Shown here piece by piece: positions 38,240 through 48,851 of a stretch of DNA of 64,000 bases. Position 1 is the first letter of the stretch. The number at the start of each line of letters is the position of its first letter. The DNA is taken from positions 64,001 through 128,000 of the forward strand of contig JBBCKI010000029.1 of the NCBI GenBank assembly GCA_037190965.1. Direction: 5' to 3'. The notes beneath the pieces are model-generated. The model worked only from the letters and a program-made list of their open reading frames with translations. It did not search any database and was not told the DNA's origin. The position numbers and the translations under genes are program-made. Source of the DNA: Chthoniobacteraceae bacterium. GTDB taxonomy: Bacteria; Verrucomicrobiota; Verrucomicrobiia; Chthoniobacterales; Chthoniobacteraceae.

Positions 38240-39162
38240 TGTCTGGTGAAGGGGCGCAGAGCATGCACATCCGGCAAATTCTCGCAGGCGACGAATCGAA
38301 GTTTTCCTTCGAGTTTTTTCCGCCGAAATCTTCGGAAGCCGCGGAAACGTTGTTCCGCACGATCTCGGAGTTGCAGCTTTGCGCCCCTGCTTTCGTCAGC
38401 GTTACCTACGGTGCTGGGGGCAGCACTCGTGAGGCAACTCAAGAGCTGGTCTTTCGCCTCCAGAGGGAGACGAAGGTGAACACCATCCCGCATCTCACCT
38501 GCGTGGGGCATAGCGAACGGGAGATCTCCCTTCTTCTCGAACGCTATGCGGAGGCCGGGGTGTCGAACATTCTGGCGTTGCGGGGCGATCCGCCGAAACA
38601 TGCCTCCAATCCGTCCTTGGGTGGCTTCCCTTACGCGGCGGATCTCGTTGCCTTTATTCGTCGTTTTTCAGAGATGCACCGGCACGATTTTGGCATCGGC
38701 GTTGCAGGATTTCCGGAAGGTCATCCGGCCACGCCGAACCGGATGCGTGAGATGGATCATCTGAAGGCGAAGATCGATGCCGGGGCGGACTACATCTGCA
38801 CTCAGCTTTTCTTCGAGAATCGCGACTTTTACGACTTTAGCGAGCGTTGCGAACTCGCCGGGATCGACGTGCCCATCCTGGCGGGTATCATGCCTGTCAC
38901 CAGCCTCGGGGGACTCGACCGCATGGCCGATCTCGCAGCGGGAGCCCGCTTCCCGGCGAAGCTGCTCCGCTCCCTCGCACGCGCCAACGGCGACGATGCG
39001 GCGGTTCGCAGGATCGGCATTCACTACGCCACCGCCCAATGCGCTGATCTCCTTGATTACGGAGTGAAGGGGATCCATTTCTACACGCTTAACCAATCGT
39101 CCGCGACGGTTGAAATTTTCAAACAACTTGGGCTGCGGCATTCCGTCTCAGCCCTTCAATAA
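38239..39162 (+). CDS. metF: 5,10-methylenetetrahydrofolate reductase
   Basis: SFEFFPPK, SVTYGAGG, HLTC, LALRGDPP, TQLFF, HFYTLN. Confidence 0.95.
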   Translation: MSGEGAQSMHIRQILAGDESKFSFEFFPPKSSEAAETLFRTISELQLCAPAFVSVTYGAGGSTREATQELVFRLQRETKVNTIPHLTCVGHSEREISLLLERYAEAGVSNILALRGDPPKHASNPSLGGFPYAADLVAFIRRFSEMHRHDFGIGVAGFPEGHPATPNRMREMDHLKAKIDAGADYICTQLFFENRDFYDFSERCELAGIDVPILAGIMPVTSLGGLDRMADLAAGARFPAKLLRSLARANGDDAAVRRIGIHYATAQCADLLDYGVKGIHFYTLNQSSATVEIFKQLGLRHSVSALQ

Positions 39163-39186
39163 CACGCTCCATCCACTCTCTATCCC

Positions 39187-40422
39187 ATGCATACCTTCAA
39201 TTGTGAAGATACCGAAGTTTTTGCCGCCATCCGTGACGAGGAGATCCGCCAGCGAAACCACGTTGAGCTGATCGCTTCGGAAAATCTCACCTCTCCCGCC
39301 GTGATGCGCGCGCAGGGATCGGTGCTGACCAACAAATATGCCGAAGGCTACCCTGGCCGCCGCTGGTACGGCGGCTGCGAACAGGTTGATGTCATCGAAC
39401 GACTGGCGTTGGACCGGGTAAAACAACTCTTCGGTGCCGATCACGCGAATGTACAGCCGCACTCGGGATCGCAGGCCAACGCGGCAGTTTATTTTTCCGT
39501 TCTCGATCCCGGCGACAAAATTTTCACGATGGACCTCGCCCATGGCGGCCATTTGACTCATGGTCACAAGGCGAACTTCTCGGGACGCTTTTACAAGGTG
39601 ACTCACTACGGAGTCAGCGCGGAAGACGAACGCATCAACTATGATGAGCTGGAAGCCACTGCGCGCATGCTGCGTCCCAAGCTCATTGCCGCCGGTGCTT
39701 CCGCTTATCCCCGGATCATCGACTTCGAACGACTAGGCAGGATCGCGAAAGAGGTGGGAGCTTACCTTTTCGTCGATATGGCCCACATTGCCGGGTTGGT
39801 TGCCGCCGGGGTGCATCCCAGCCCGGTTCCCCATGCGGATTTTGTCACGACGACCACGCATAAATCGCTTCGCGGGCCGCGCGGTGGCGTGGTCTTGTGC
39901 AGACAGGAATTCGCCAAGAAGATCGACGCCCAGGTCTTTCCCGGAGTTCAGGGTGGACCTTTGATGCATGTGATCGCGGCCAAGGCGGTGTGCTTCGGCG
40001 AGGCGCTGCAACCGGCGTTCAAGACCTATGCAGCGCAGGTGGTGAAGAATGCCCGCGCGCTTGCCGGTCGCCTTGCCTCGCACGGCTACCGCATCGTTTC
40101 GGGAGGCACCGACAACCATCTCCTGCTCGTGGACCTTCGCCCGAAGAACCTCAACGGAGCCGAGGCTTCCCTGGCGCTCGACGAAGCGGGGATCACTGTG
40201 AACAAGAACGGCATCCCCTTCGACACCGGCAGCCCGATGAAGCCCAGCGGCATTCGTGTCGGCACTCCTGCGGTCACCACCCGTGGCATGAAGGAGCCGG
40301 ACGTGGAAAGGGTGGCCGATCTCATCCATCGGGCCCTGAGCGTCAAGAGCGATCCCGCAGCCTTGGAGGCCATCCGCAACGAGGTCTTCGCCTTCAACAA
40401 GAGCTTTCCTTTGCCGGGCTAG
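39187..40422 (+). CDS. glyA: Serine hydroxymethyltransferase
   Basis: [41 protein letters not shown]. Confidence 0.97.
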   Translation: MHTFNCEDTEVFAAIRDEEIRQRNHVELIASENLTSPAVMRAQGSVLTNKYAEGYPGRRWYGGCEQVDVIERLALDRVKQLFGADHANVQPHSGSQANAAVYFSVLDPGDKIFTMDLAHGGHLTHGHKANFSGRFYKVTHYGVSAEDERINYDELEATARMLRPKLIAAGASAYPRIIDFERLGRIAKEVGAYLFVDMAHIAGLVAAGVHPSPVPHADFVTTTTHKSLRGPRGGVVLCRQEFAKKIDAQVFPGVQGGPLMHVIAAKAVCFGEALQPAFKTYAAQVVKNARALAGRLASHGYRIVSGGTDNHLLLVDLRPKNLNGAEASLALDEAGITVNKNGIPFDTGSPMKPSGIRVGTPAVTTRGMKEPDVERVADLIHRALSVKSDPAALEAIRNEVFAFNKSFPLPG

Positions 40423-40443
40423 CTGCGACTCGCCCCCATGCCA

Positions 40444-41253
40444 TTAACATGGGCGGCGCAGGGGCAGCCAGTCCAGGACGCCCTGGATCTCCTGATCCCA
40501 GAACGCCCATGTGTGGGCACCTGATTCCTCCCGGACATCCAAGGGGAGGCCGATTTCCCGGGCAAAGCCAACAAAACGAACGTTGTCGTCGTAAAGAAAA
40601 TCTTCGCGGCCGCAGACCGTGTAGAGCTTTGGAATTTCGGCGCCCTGACTTGCGTCGGTGACTCTCTGCCGTGCGAGGGTAAAAAGGTCGTCTTCTTCCG
40701 GAATGCAGCGCATTTCCGGCCCGAGCAGTCTTGGAATCTCACGCGCAGGCATGCCGTTGCCTTCCTTCGAGCGTTCCGTCCACGCCGGGAAGTCGAGTAC
40801 TCCCGAGAGGCTCGCCGCCGCCGCGAACTTTTCCGGACAACGCAGGGCCAGCTTAAAGGCTCCATAGCCGCCCATGCTCAAACCCGCTACAAACGTATCC
40901 TCTCGCCGCGAAGAAACGCGGAAGAACTGCTGCACTACGCTGGGTAATTCTTGGGAGACGAAATCCCAGTAGGCGCCCCCGCCGGGAAGATTCCGGTAGA
41001 AACTACGGTCCACTGCGGGCATCACGACCGCCAGTCCCAACGATGCCACGTAACGCTCGATGGAAGTGCGCCGCATCCAGGTGGTGTGATCGTCCGACAA
41101 GCCGTGGAGCAAATAAAGAACCGGCGCGCCTTCCCCTTCGCTGGCGTGCCCGGTCATTCCAATCTGCTGCTGGGTTTTCTGCGGCAGAATCACGTTGATT
41201 GACGTGTTGATGCCCAAGGTATCGGAAAAAAAACCGGTTTGAAGAAATGCCAT
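40444..41253 (-). CDS. Esterase (tributyrin/acetyl esterase-like alpha/beta hydrolase)
   Basis: VLYLLHGLSDD, GLSMGG nucleophile elbow, GAHTW.FW. Confidence 0.9.
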   Translation of the reverse strand: MAFLQTGFFSDTLGINTSINVILPQKTQQQIGMTGHASEGEGAPVLYLLHGLSDDHTTWMRRTSIERYVASLGLAVVMPAVDRSFYRNLPGGGAYWDFVSQELPSVVQQFFRVSSRREDTFVAGLSMGGYGAFKLALRCPEKFAAAASLSGVLDFPAWTERSKEGNGMPAREIPRLLGPEMRCIPEEDDLFTLARQRVTDASQGAEIPKLYTVCGREDFLYDDNVRFVGFAREIGLPLDVREESGAHTWAFWDQEIQGVLDWLPLRRPC

Positions 41254-41304
41254 GGCCCCTCCTATCATGAAGGCCGAAGTTGAAACGAGCGGGATTTCCG
41301 CTTT

Positions 41305-42150
41305 TTATTGCGGCTGACCGTCAGAGGAGGGAGGCGTCCAACTTTTACTCGGAACGGCGTAGATATCCCGGGGATCTTTTATCTGCCACTTTACGATGCG
41401 GGCATGAACCCGCTCCACATGAGGGATCGCGGCAAGTTCATCCGCGCAACCGCTCCAGGCCCATTCGATCTCGACAGAGACGGGGAGGGGAAGGGTCCAC
41501 GCCGGACAAAGCGTCGCCTTTCCCAAGGCCTTGGCTACATCCCGGCTGATGGAATCGCGAACCTCTCCGGCCGGATAGAGATCGCAAGTACTCCAACCCG
41601 TACCCCGTTTTGTGGCCGTCGTCGTCATCCAAGGGAAATAGTTTTGCGCCTCTTCGCACAAGGCCTCATCGCCCGAAGCATAAACGACGGGCACTCCGTA
41701 GTAGCCCGCATAGAGCGCAGCCTGGCTAAGTTCACCGTGTTCCTGCCCGTTGAGCATAAAGCGGCATATCGTCTTTGGATCCTGTGTATGATCGAGAAAG
41801 CCGTTGAGGGTTCCCGCCATGGAGTGTTGCCCGATCAGGAGTACCGCTCCTACTTCGGGCCCAAATTCTGGCAATCGCAGAGGGCTTGCCGGCTCGATAA
41901 AGCACATCGTTGCCGGGGAAAGCAGATCCTCCGGCGATAATCCCTTTTGCCGATTGCGACCGTGCCCATCGATTACGCGTACTTCCGAAGCTCCTGCCTT
42001 TACACAACCGAGAATCGCTGCGTTGACGTCGGCTGCCAGTTGTTTGAGTCCGTGGCGATAGCCTTGATCATCGTCATCGGGGTGATAACACTGGTCCCAA
42101 TGGTCGACCCCGCTCAGTCCTTCCATATCGGTAATGATATAGACAATCAT
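41305..42150 (-). CDS. M55 (DppA-like) D-aminopeptidase family
   Basis: VYIITDMEGLSGV, DGHG, IGQH, LDHT, SGDEA. Confidence 0.88.
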   Translation of the reverse strand: MIVYIITDMEGLSGVDHWDQCYHPDDDDQGYRHGLKQLAADVNAAILGCVKAGASEVRVIDGHGRNRQKGLSPEDLLSPATMCFIEPASPLRLPEFGPEVGAVLLIGQHSMAGTLNGFLDHTQDPKTICRFMLNGQEHGELSQAALYAGYYGVPVVYASGDEALCEEAQNYFPWMTTTATKRGTGWSTCDLYPAGEVRDSISRDVAKALGKATLCPAWTLPLPVSVEIEWAWSGCADELAAIPHVERVHARIVKWQIKDPRDIYAVPSKSWTPPSSDGQPQ

Positions 42151-42249
42151 TGGGGCTTCTATAGTGAGTTTGAATTCAGTTTCATTTCGCCATTGATTTC
42201 GCGTCGGCTGTTTGAAAGGTCGAGAGGGCTACCGATAGCTGACTGTTGC

Positions 42250-43605
42250 TTAGACATAAGGCAGTTGGTTTTCAATCGGTTTGCAGGCTTTTAGAGCAGC
42301 TGCGAGAGCTTCGTCTTCGATATCGGGAGTGAAGGGGAGCCGGCCAAGCATATAGGGGACCAGATGCGCCGGGTAGCTGCATGGATCGAGATAGTGTTCT
42401 CGCAGCGGCGCGTAACCCATCAACCCGTTGGTTACAGAGAGCAGAAGAGCAAGTCCGCCTCGCTCTGCCTGGAAGCGCCGCTTGATCCGATGCATCATCT
42501 CAAGCGGCAGCCCCGTGAACGAAATCGGCCCGAGGACGAAGCTTTGAGCGGACAGCATTTCGGCTTGCGGCGGGTCGTGCAATATCTTTTCAAAAGCCTG
42601 CTTATACACCATCGCCATTCGTACCTCGGTCAGGTCGCTGGAAGGAGTGGCCTCTTTCAGAATAGACTCCTGCTCAGCGAGAGTTGCCTTGATCCGCTCT
42701 GCTTGCAATGGCGCCAGCCGACAGGGAGACTCTTCTGCAAAGGCGCGAATGAGGGTGACCTTAAGTGGTTTACCCGTTTGGAGGCCTTCCAGGATGACTC
42801 TGGAGAATCGGCTGCCGAAATCCTCCAGCGCCCGAAGAGTCTCCTGCTCCTGCCCATGCACGAAGTTTGAGTTGATATCCCCCAGCGCCCCCTGCAAAAA
42901 GATCCCCGTTGCTCCCGGGTAATGCTGCTCGGCAAGGTTGGTCGCGATTCCAACGAAGTCGCCGTGAATCTCCCGGTTGCGCTGGCCCGCGACAACAGGA
43001 TGGCAGGAGAAATAGGTGAGAAAACCGCAGGTTCGTCCGTCCCTCTCCACGCGAATGACATGCGCGGTAGTATCTGTCTCTTCGGGAAATTCGGTGATCC
43101 ACTTCCCCGCAAGCACAAGTTCATTGGTACGCGTTGGAGCGGGGATCTCGCGATTATAGCTAAATCCGGAGGCGGCAACTTCCGCGTGAAAGAAGGTCGC
43201 TGAGGACAAATCATCAATCGCGTCCATACATGCCTTGGCGATAGACCGCGGTAGAACTTCCAGGTAGAGAGGATCGGGGGTTCCCCATCCAATCAGTTCG
43301 GGTGCAGTGCACGGAACCGAGTGTGTGTGCGTGGAATGAACCATGATCTCATGTTCCTGCCATCCGGTCGCAGCGCCCACCAGTTGCCGTACTTTGGCGA
43401 CCTGTACCGCTCCCAGGCCCTGAAGGTCACAGCTTACCAACACCCAGCGATCACTGCCATTTCTGACAGCCATCGCCCGCGCATAGAGCGGTTCCATGAG
43501 ACGGGTTGAATGACGATTGAGATACGGGCCATAGCCACCAAGTTCGATGCCAACCCGGGGTGAGATGTCTACTTTCCCGAAACCGGCTTGTACAGAGGGA
43601 TTCAT
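42250..43605 (-). CDS. Neutral ceramidase N-terminal-domain amidohydrolase-like protein
   Basis: DISP..G..L.GY, LYARA, STHTHS, FSCHP, FLQGALGDI. Confidence 0.8.
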   Translation of the reverse strand: MNPSVQAGFGKVDISPRVGIELGGYGPYLNRHSTRLMEPLYARAMAVRNGSDRWVLVSCDLQGLGAVQVAKVRQLVGAATGWQEHEIMVHSTHTHSVPCTAPELIGWGTPDPLYLEVLPRSIAKACMDAIDDLSSATFFHAEVAASGFSYNREIPAPTRTNELVLAGKWITEFPEETDTTAHVIRVERDGRTCGFLTYFSCHPVVAGQRNREIHGDFVGIATNLAEQHYPGATGIFLQGALGDINSNFVHGQEQETLRALEDFGSRFSRVILEGLQTGKPLKVTLIRAFAEESPCRLAPLQAERIKATLAEQESILKEATPSSDLTEVRMAMVYKQAFEKILHDPPQAEMLSAQSFVLGPISFTGLPLEMMHRIKRRFQAERGGLALLLSVTNGLMGYAPLREHYLDPCSYPAHLVPYMLGRLPFTPDIEDEALAAALKACKPIENQLPYV

Positions 43606-44024
43606 ATTCAGTTTGTGACTTTAGAGATGCAGTCTGTTTGTGCAACTTACGGAAGACGGTGCAACGTTCCAGAGATCCCCCGAGAAGAACTGGGCTTAAC
43701 TGGATGCTGGTGTCGTCAACATGCCAACACAGTCTCATTTTCCGGAGAGATATAAAATGGACGTAGCCGCGAAGTTTTGTAAAAAAGCAGCGATCTCTAT
43801 GATCTCATTGCGCGAAGTGATGACTCAAGCCAACGCGGCGAAGGGTCGATTACACCTTTGCCGTTACACGATCCCGTACCGTGTGTTGAAGAAGATCTTC
43901 AGTCGCTGTCCTTCCGGGAGCGCCATGCCACTATCTGAAGTCATTATCGAGAACTTCTCCAGATGGTGGTAAATAGGTTCCAGCAACGCACCTGGTTAAA
44001 AGCTGGAGCGGTTCCCGAACCACC

Positions 44025-44699
44025 TTAAGGACCGGCCGATTTCATATGGGCTTGCACCTTCTCCAAGGTCAACGTCTCGGGAATTACCTGGATGAATGCC
44101 ATCCGCCCCCGGAAACAATAGTTCGTGGGCTCCCCGTTGGGAGCTGCGCCAATTCGAAGTCTCTTATCGGGAGAGGTAACGATCGATTTGACATCCATCT
44201 CCTGCGTTTGGACCAACTGCCCCCCTAGGTAGAAACTCACCTTGCCATGGTCGAAAACAACGGCCACATGCTGCCACGCATGAGGCCGAAGCAGCGCCTC
44301 ATGCGTTTCAGTCGTCACATACCGGTTTTGTGTCCCGTCTCCGGCTTCGAAGGTCAACTTCCCCCACGCATTCCGAACGCGGAACCCGTTAGGGCTCTCG
44401 TCCCACATATACCCGACAAGATCCTCGGAGGTATCGATTCGATCCGGGTTAAGATAGAAAAGAACCGTAAGCGCACTATGTTCAGCCGCATCAAAAGGAG
44501 CGTCCAGCACCGCGGGCTTGCCCGCGCTGAAAACGAGTTCTTTCTTTTCGCCCAGGTCCCCGTCCTCGACTTCCGGCGCAAAAGGCTGTTCTCCCGGGAG
44601 CGCCCCTCCATTCCATTCAAAGAGCGCCACATCGGCCGGTGCCATCCTGGAGAATGCCAGGCAACCTGCCAGCATAAAGATGAATGCAGTTCTATTCAT
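44025..44699 (-). CDS. Secreted LamG/concanavalin-like domain protein
   Basis: Signal peptide; WQHVAVVFD.G.V.FY..G, LRIG, FRG. Confidence 0.75.
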   Translation of the reverse strand: MNRTAFIFMLAGCLAFSRMAPADVALFEWNGGALPGEQPFAPEVEDGDLGEKKELVFSAGKPAVLDAPFDAAEHSALTVLFYLNPDRIDTSEDLVGYMWDESPNGFRVRNAWGKLTFEAGDGTQNRYVTTETHEALLRPHAWQHVAVVFDHGKVSFYLGGQLVQTQEMDVKSIVTSPDKRLRIGAAPNGEPTNYCFRGRMAFIQVIPETLTLEKVQAHMKSAGP

Positions 44700-47577
44700 A
44701 AGCTTCAATTTCGATCAATTTAAGTTTCCCCGGTTTTCTCAACACAAGCCGGATGGAGTCGGCCTTACCTTCATCAAAAGTGAACTCCAGAGGAGTGGGG
44801 GAGAGCTTTGTTTCGGGAATGGAAGCAATCACCTTCGCGATTCCCTTGGAGACAACCTGCAGGTCCGCCTCCGGCAGGGCTGCGCCCGTGAGCCGGATTT
44901 TCCGAAGGTGCCGCGCCGATGCCAGTTTGATTTCGACTCCCGCCCCTTCCGGAACCTCGTTCCCGGCGACGAAGCCCCTTGCCCTCATGTCTTTGAATCC
45001 GTCGATCATCATCGCCAAAGATGGGTAGCATCTTTCCCGATAACCAAAGCCCACCGCAGTTGCTCCCGATTTTAAGTGCGCGACATTGCGAGGATCGAAC
45101 GACTCATCCTGCATCCGCTTTTCCTCTGCCTCCACCCGGAGCCAATCCAGCGCATCGGAGAGCGGAACCTCCGGGCTGGCGAGCACCATCGCCTCATGCG
45201 GTTTCAGTTTTACCTCAAGGCCTCCTTTAACAACTTCTCCGGTGCCTACAACACGCCATTCTTTCACAGTCGCGGCTTCCTCGTCCTGAATGCGCGCGGT
45301 TACCGGCGCGAATTCCGTGTTGGCGATCCAAAGGATTTTCCGTTCTCCGAGCGAACTGATCGCCGCCTCCACCGCGGCGTCCCCCGTGGAAGCGATCAGG
45401 CGAGGCCTGGCAACCGTGAAATATTCGCTCAGAGCCGAGAACTCATCGGAGAGATACTTCAGACTCGCCGCAACCCCCGGTTCATCCCAAACCATGTAAC
45501 TCGGGTACCAGGTTATCCCCGTGGCTCCATGCAGGATTCCGAGAACCATCTGCGCTCTCATCTCCCGGGCCGTCGGCGCCCGGTGCCCCTCAAGATGGTA
45601 GGCACTGTAACTGAAGGCCTGGGGCGTCAGCCATCGCGCCTTGAACGGTTCCGCCCCAATGGGAACCTGTTCGAGAAACTGGCCGATCGTCGCCTGGGAT
45701 TTTCCGGAACCCTTCCCGGCAAGATAGGTCGGATAAGCATCCGGCATCATAATATCGGCGGCAACCCCATAGATCTTCATTCCGTTGATGGAATCGTTCA
45801 GGAGATAGACTGGCTTATGAGGATCTTCTTCCTTGAGAATTTCATAGGCCTCCTTCATCCGGCTCAGCGGGTAGCCCCGGGCATCCGGTTCGTCCACCTG
45901 GTAATAGCCTAGTACATTGGGATTCCCCCTCATGGCCGCCGCAAGATCGCGAAGCTCCTTCCTTTCCTGCTCGGTCAAAGGCGCTTCCTTGGTTTCCGCC
46001 ATTTGGCCGGAGCCAACGGCAGTCCATATATAGACAATGCCGCGAAGCTGATTCTTTTCGAGGATCTGCAAGGTGGCACGGGTGGTCTCAAAGGGAGGCA
46101 CCGCCCAGATCGGCACCAGCGTGTTCATCGCAATGCCCGGAATGGTTTCATTGGGAAGAAACTCGCTAAGCCCGAAACAAAAGCCGAAAGCGGCAAATGG
46201 CTTTCCATTCCTCCTCACTACGCCATTCTTGTCGATCCACATTTCACCCTCCTGCGACGGGAGCTTTGCAATCTCGCGCTCCACAACGAAGGGCTCGTCA
46301 TTGCATCGGCCGCTCACGCGAAGCCGGTAGGTGCCCGCCGGAAGATGGCCGATATCAGGGACCGTGATCTTCCACCTCCCGCTCTCGGCCTCTGTGGCCG
46401 CTCCCTCCACCGGGGGGCGATCACTTCCTGTCGCGGACGTCAGAATTGCTTTCACCTCGCCGATTTTTAGTTCGGGGTCCAGCAATCGAAGAACGCCTTC
46501 AATGGACTTATCCTCCTGCGACTCAAAGATCGCCGATCGATAGCCCGGGTTGAGTAGCGTCAGATGGTATCCCTCATACTTGAGGTTCATCGGAAGCGTC
46601 GAGCGCCACAGCACGGTTTCGCCGCTCTTGCCGGATGCCGCTACCTCGAAGGAGACCGGATCAACCGTCTTCCCGTCATGCTCCATCGGGAGCGCCAACT
46701 CGATCGACTGGATCTGGTCGCGATCAATGCTCAGGACCGTTTCGACTTTGCCCTGCGCGCCTTTCATCTTGAGCGTCACCACGCGGAATTTTTTCGTGAG
46801 GTTAGCCAATGAGAGTTTGACGACGGCCTTGAGTTGTCCGCCGGACTTGACCACCGCAGATTCTTTCAGACGCAGATCCCACGAAAAAATCGCAAGATCA
46901 GGGTGCGATAAAGTGAACCCGGCAAAGTCCGAGGCAACACCGAAGCCCGCGCCTGCGCTCGGAGGCCAGCATGCCAGCTCGGCATGATGATGGCAGTTCC
47001 GGGCAACCTGAACCTTGATTTCACTTTCGTTCGACGGGAGCTGCAGGTCGGAAAAGGGGACCGCAAGAATTCCCCTCCAGCCGTTCTTCACGGTTTGGGT
47101 AAATGTTCGGGCGTCCGCATTCCAACCCACATACTTGCTGATTCCCCCTTGGTTGATTGCCTGGTCGAAGACGGTCCCCAAACGATTGACGATGAAATGA
47201 GAATAGCGGGTGGGGTCGAGCGCCGGCCCCACGAAGAACTCCACAGTATCGTCCTCCCATACCGGGCCGTCCCTTTCCGTCACCTTTGCCTGCCTGCATT
47301 CATCGCCGCCTTGGACCCGGAAGGCTAGATAGAGCCGCTCCTTGTCAGCAAGAATGCGGAATCGGGTTTGATGTGCCGCTTCGCCCTTAGTGGTCAGGCG
47401 AGTGAATCCCGTTTGCCATGTCCCCTCGTTCCAGAAGCTCTCCGGGAGGCGCAAATCGGAGGGGATACGGGTTGTGATCTCAACAGCGGGTTGCATACCG
47501 GCGCGAGCACTTGGGGTACCCAGGTTCAAGGCTGCGGCGGCGATCAACAAAAAGCCAATACGGGCAATAGTCTGCAT
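44692..47577 (-). CDS. Large secreted glycoside-hydrolase-like protein (CBM9-like + TIM barrel + beta-sandwich)
   Basis: Signal peptide; RDGPVWEDDTVEFF (CBM9-like); LGYYQVDEP...DP..P...DI.M.D.YP; GATGITWY. Confidence 0.7.
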   Translation of the reverse strand: MQTIARIGFLLIAAAALNLGTPSARAGMQPAVEITTRIPSDLRLPESFWNEGTWQTGFTRLTTKGEAAHQTRFRILADKERLYLAFRVQGGDECRQAKVTERDGPVWEDDTVEFFVGPALDPTRYSHFIVNRLGTVFDQAINQGGISKYVGWNADARTFTQTVKNGWRGILAVPFSDLQLPSNESEIKVQVARNCHHHAELACWPPSAGAGFGVASDFAGFTLSHPDLAIFSWDLRLKESAVVKSGGQLKAVVKLSLANLTKKFRVVTLKMKGAQGKVETVLSIDRDQIQSIELALPMEHDGKTVDPVSFEVAASGKSGETVLWRSTLPMNLKYEGYHLTLLNPGYRSAIFESQEDKSIEGVLRLLDPELKIGEVKAILTSATGSDRPPVEGAATEAESGRWKITVPDIGHLPAGTYRLRVSGRCNDEPFVVEREIAKLPSQEGEMWIDKNGVVRRNGKPFAAFGFCFGLSEFLPNETIPGIAMNTLVPIWAVPPFETTRATLQILEKNQLRGIVYIWTAVGSGQMAETKEAPLTEQERKELRDLAAAMRGNPNVLGYYQVDEPDARGYPLSRMKEAYEILKEEDPHKPVYLLNDSINGMKIYGVAADIMMPDAYPTYLAGKGSGKSQATIGQFLEQVPIGAEPFKARWLTPQAFSYSAYHLEGHRAPTAREMRAQMVLGILHGATGITWYPSYMVWDEPGVAASLKYLSDEFSALSEYFTVARPRLIASTGDAAVEAAISSLGERKILWIANTEFAPVTARIQDEEAATVKEWRVVGTGEVVKGGLEVKLKPHEAMVLASPEVPLSDALDWLRVEAEEKRMQDESFDPRNVAHLKSGATAVGFGYRERCYPSLAMMIDGFKDMRARGFVAGNEVPEGAGVEIKLASARHLRKIRLTGAALPEADLQVVSKGIAKVIASIPETKLSPTPLEFTFDEGKADSIRLVLRKPGKLKLIEIEAYE

Positions 47578-47616
47578 GGGGGTAATGCTTTAGCAAGAGT
47601 GCGGGGGAAGGGGGGG

Positions 47617-48795
47617 CTAAGCCGGTTTCAGGCCCAGGAGTTCGTTCTCGGCAGGAAGAGTTGTCTTGCCACCGGCAATCCCGCACTTGAGAAACCGCCC
47701 CGCGTGGTCAGCGCCTCCGTGAGTCGCGCGCCAGCATAGCATCCGGATGATCTCGCTCCCCATTTCGCAGAACGGCTGGAGCATCAAGGTAAAACCCGGT
47801 TCCTTCCAGGCTGTTTCATCCAAGCCCGTGCCTGCCACAATGCTAACCTCTCGTGGAACGGAAAACCCCGCCGCCCTCAGGACCTGGATTGCACCCAGCC
47901 CGATATAGTCACCCGCGCAGAAGACGGCATCCGGCGGAGTTGTGTGCGTCGCCAGGTACTTCTCCATGCAGGAGATGCCATTCTCGACTTCAGGCCCATC
48001 GGCGATCTCGACGTCAAGACTGCACGAGTCGTCCGCGCCGCCTTCCTGCCAACCATCGGAGAAGCCTGATAGAAGCAGTTGCTGCGAGGCCGCCGCTGAA
48101 GCCGAGAACGGCGATCCCAGCAGAATTACCAGCGCCCTTTTTCGTCCGGTCTTCCTCCATGTATTCCCTAGTCGATGCGTCCACTCATAGTAGTCCGGCG
48201 AAACAAAATTGGTCGTGATGTTGGGGCGGGGCGGGTTGATATCGACGATCAGCTTTTTGTGCCGAAGATAGGTTTCGCGCACCGCATCATTGTAGGGAGA
48301 AGGATAAAGAAAGAGCGCGTCCAGTTCTTTCACCGATGCGATCAGCGTGTTGGCGACTTCCTTACGCCGATCCTTGACCTCGGAGACGATCCTCGCCGGC
48401 TTGAGGAAAACCTCCCGGTCAACCTCCATTGCCTCCCGAACGGCTCCCATATAGATCGACTCCGCCCAGCCAAGCCCCTCTGATTTGCAAAAGTCGAGGA
48501 GGTTGCTGCCGACCTTGAGTGGCTGTTTGGGCACCGAGACAGCTTTCTGAAGAAACGTCCCCTTTCCACGAGTTCCGGCGGTCAGCCCCTTTGCGGCCAG
48601 GTATTTATAGACCGTTCGTACCGAGGACTCTCCGACGCCCAGTTGAGCCGCCAGCGTGCTGATCGGCGGAAGTTGAAATCCTTCCTTGTTTTCATTCTTC
48701 AGGAACTCTTGTTCCAAATGAGCCTGGACTCTGTGAATGCCAGAGGTTTGACGCTGGCTAAGGCCTTCGAAGGATTCGAGAAATAACGTTGACAC
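47617..48795 (-). CDS. GntR-HTH + LacI-type ligand-binding regulator
   Basis: LPPISTLAAQLGVG..SVR..Y..L...G.....GKGTF; PDAVFCAGD....GA........VP.EVSIV. Confidence 0.85.
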   Translation of the reverse strand: MSTLFLESFEGLSQRQTSGIHRVQAHLEQEFLKNENKEGFQLPPISTLAAQLGVGESSVRTVYKYLAAKGLTAGTRGKGTFLQKAVSVPKQPLKVGSNLLDFCKSEGLGWAESIYMGAVREAMEVDREVFLKPARIVSEVKDRRKEVANTLIASVKELDALFLYPSPYNDAVRETYLRHKKLIVDINPPRPNITTNFVSPDYYEWTHRLGNTWRKTGRKRALVILLGSPFSASAAASQQLLLSGFSDGWQEGGADDSCSLDVEIADGPEVENGISCMEKYLATHTTPPDAVFCAGDYIGLGAIQVLRAAGFSVPREVSIVAGTGLDETAWKEPGFTLMLQPFCEMGSEIIRMLCWRATHGGADHAGRFLKCGIAGGKTTLPAENELLGLKPA

Positions 48796-48851
48796 GCGAC
48801 GTAGATTAAATTGATTATGTCGTTAGTCGATAGGAAAATGACATTATTTTT

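Noticed and set aside
43721..43972. Possible TetR-like remnant (ISLREVMTQANAAKG)
   Set aside because: Resemblance limited to a few residues; not supportable without a search.
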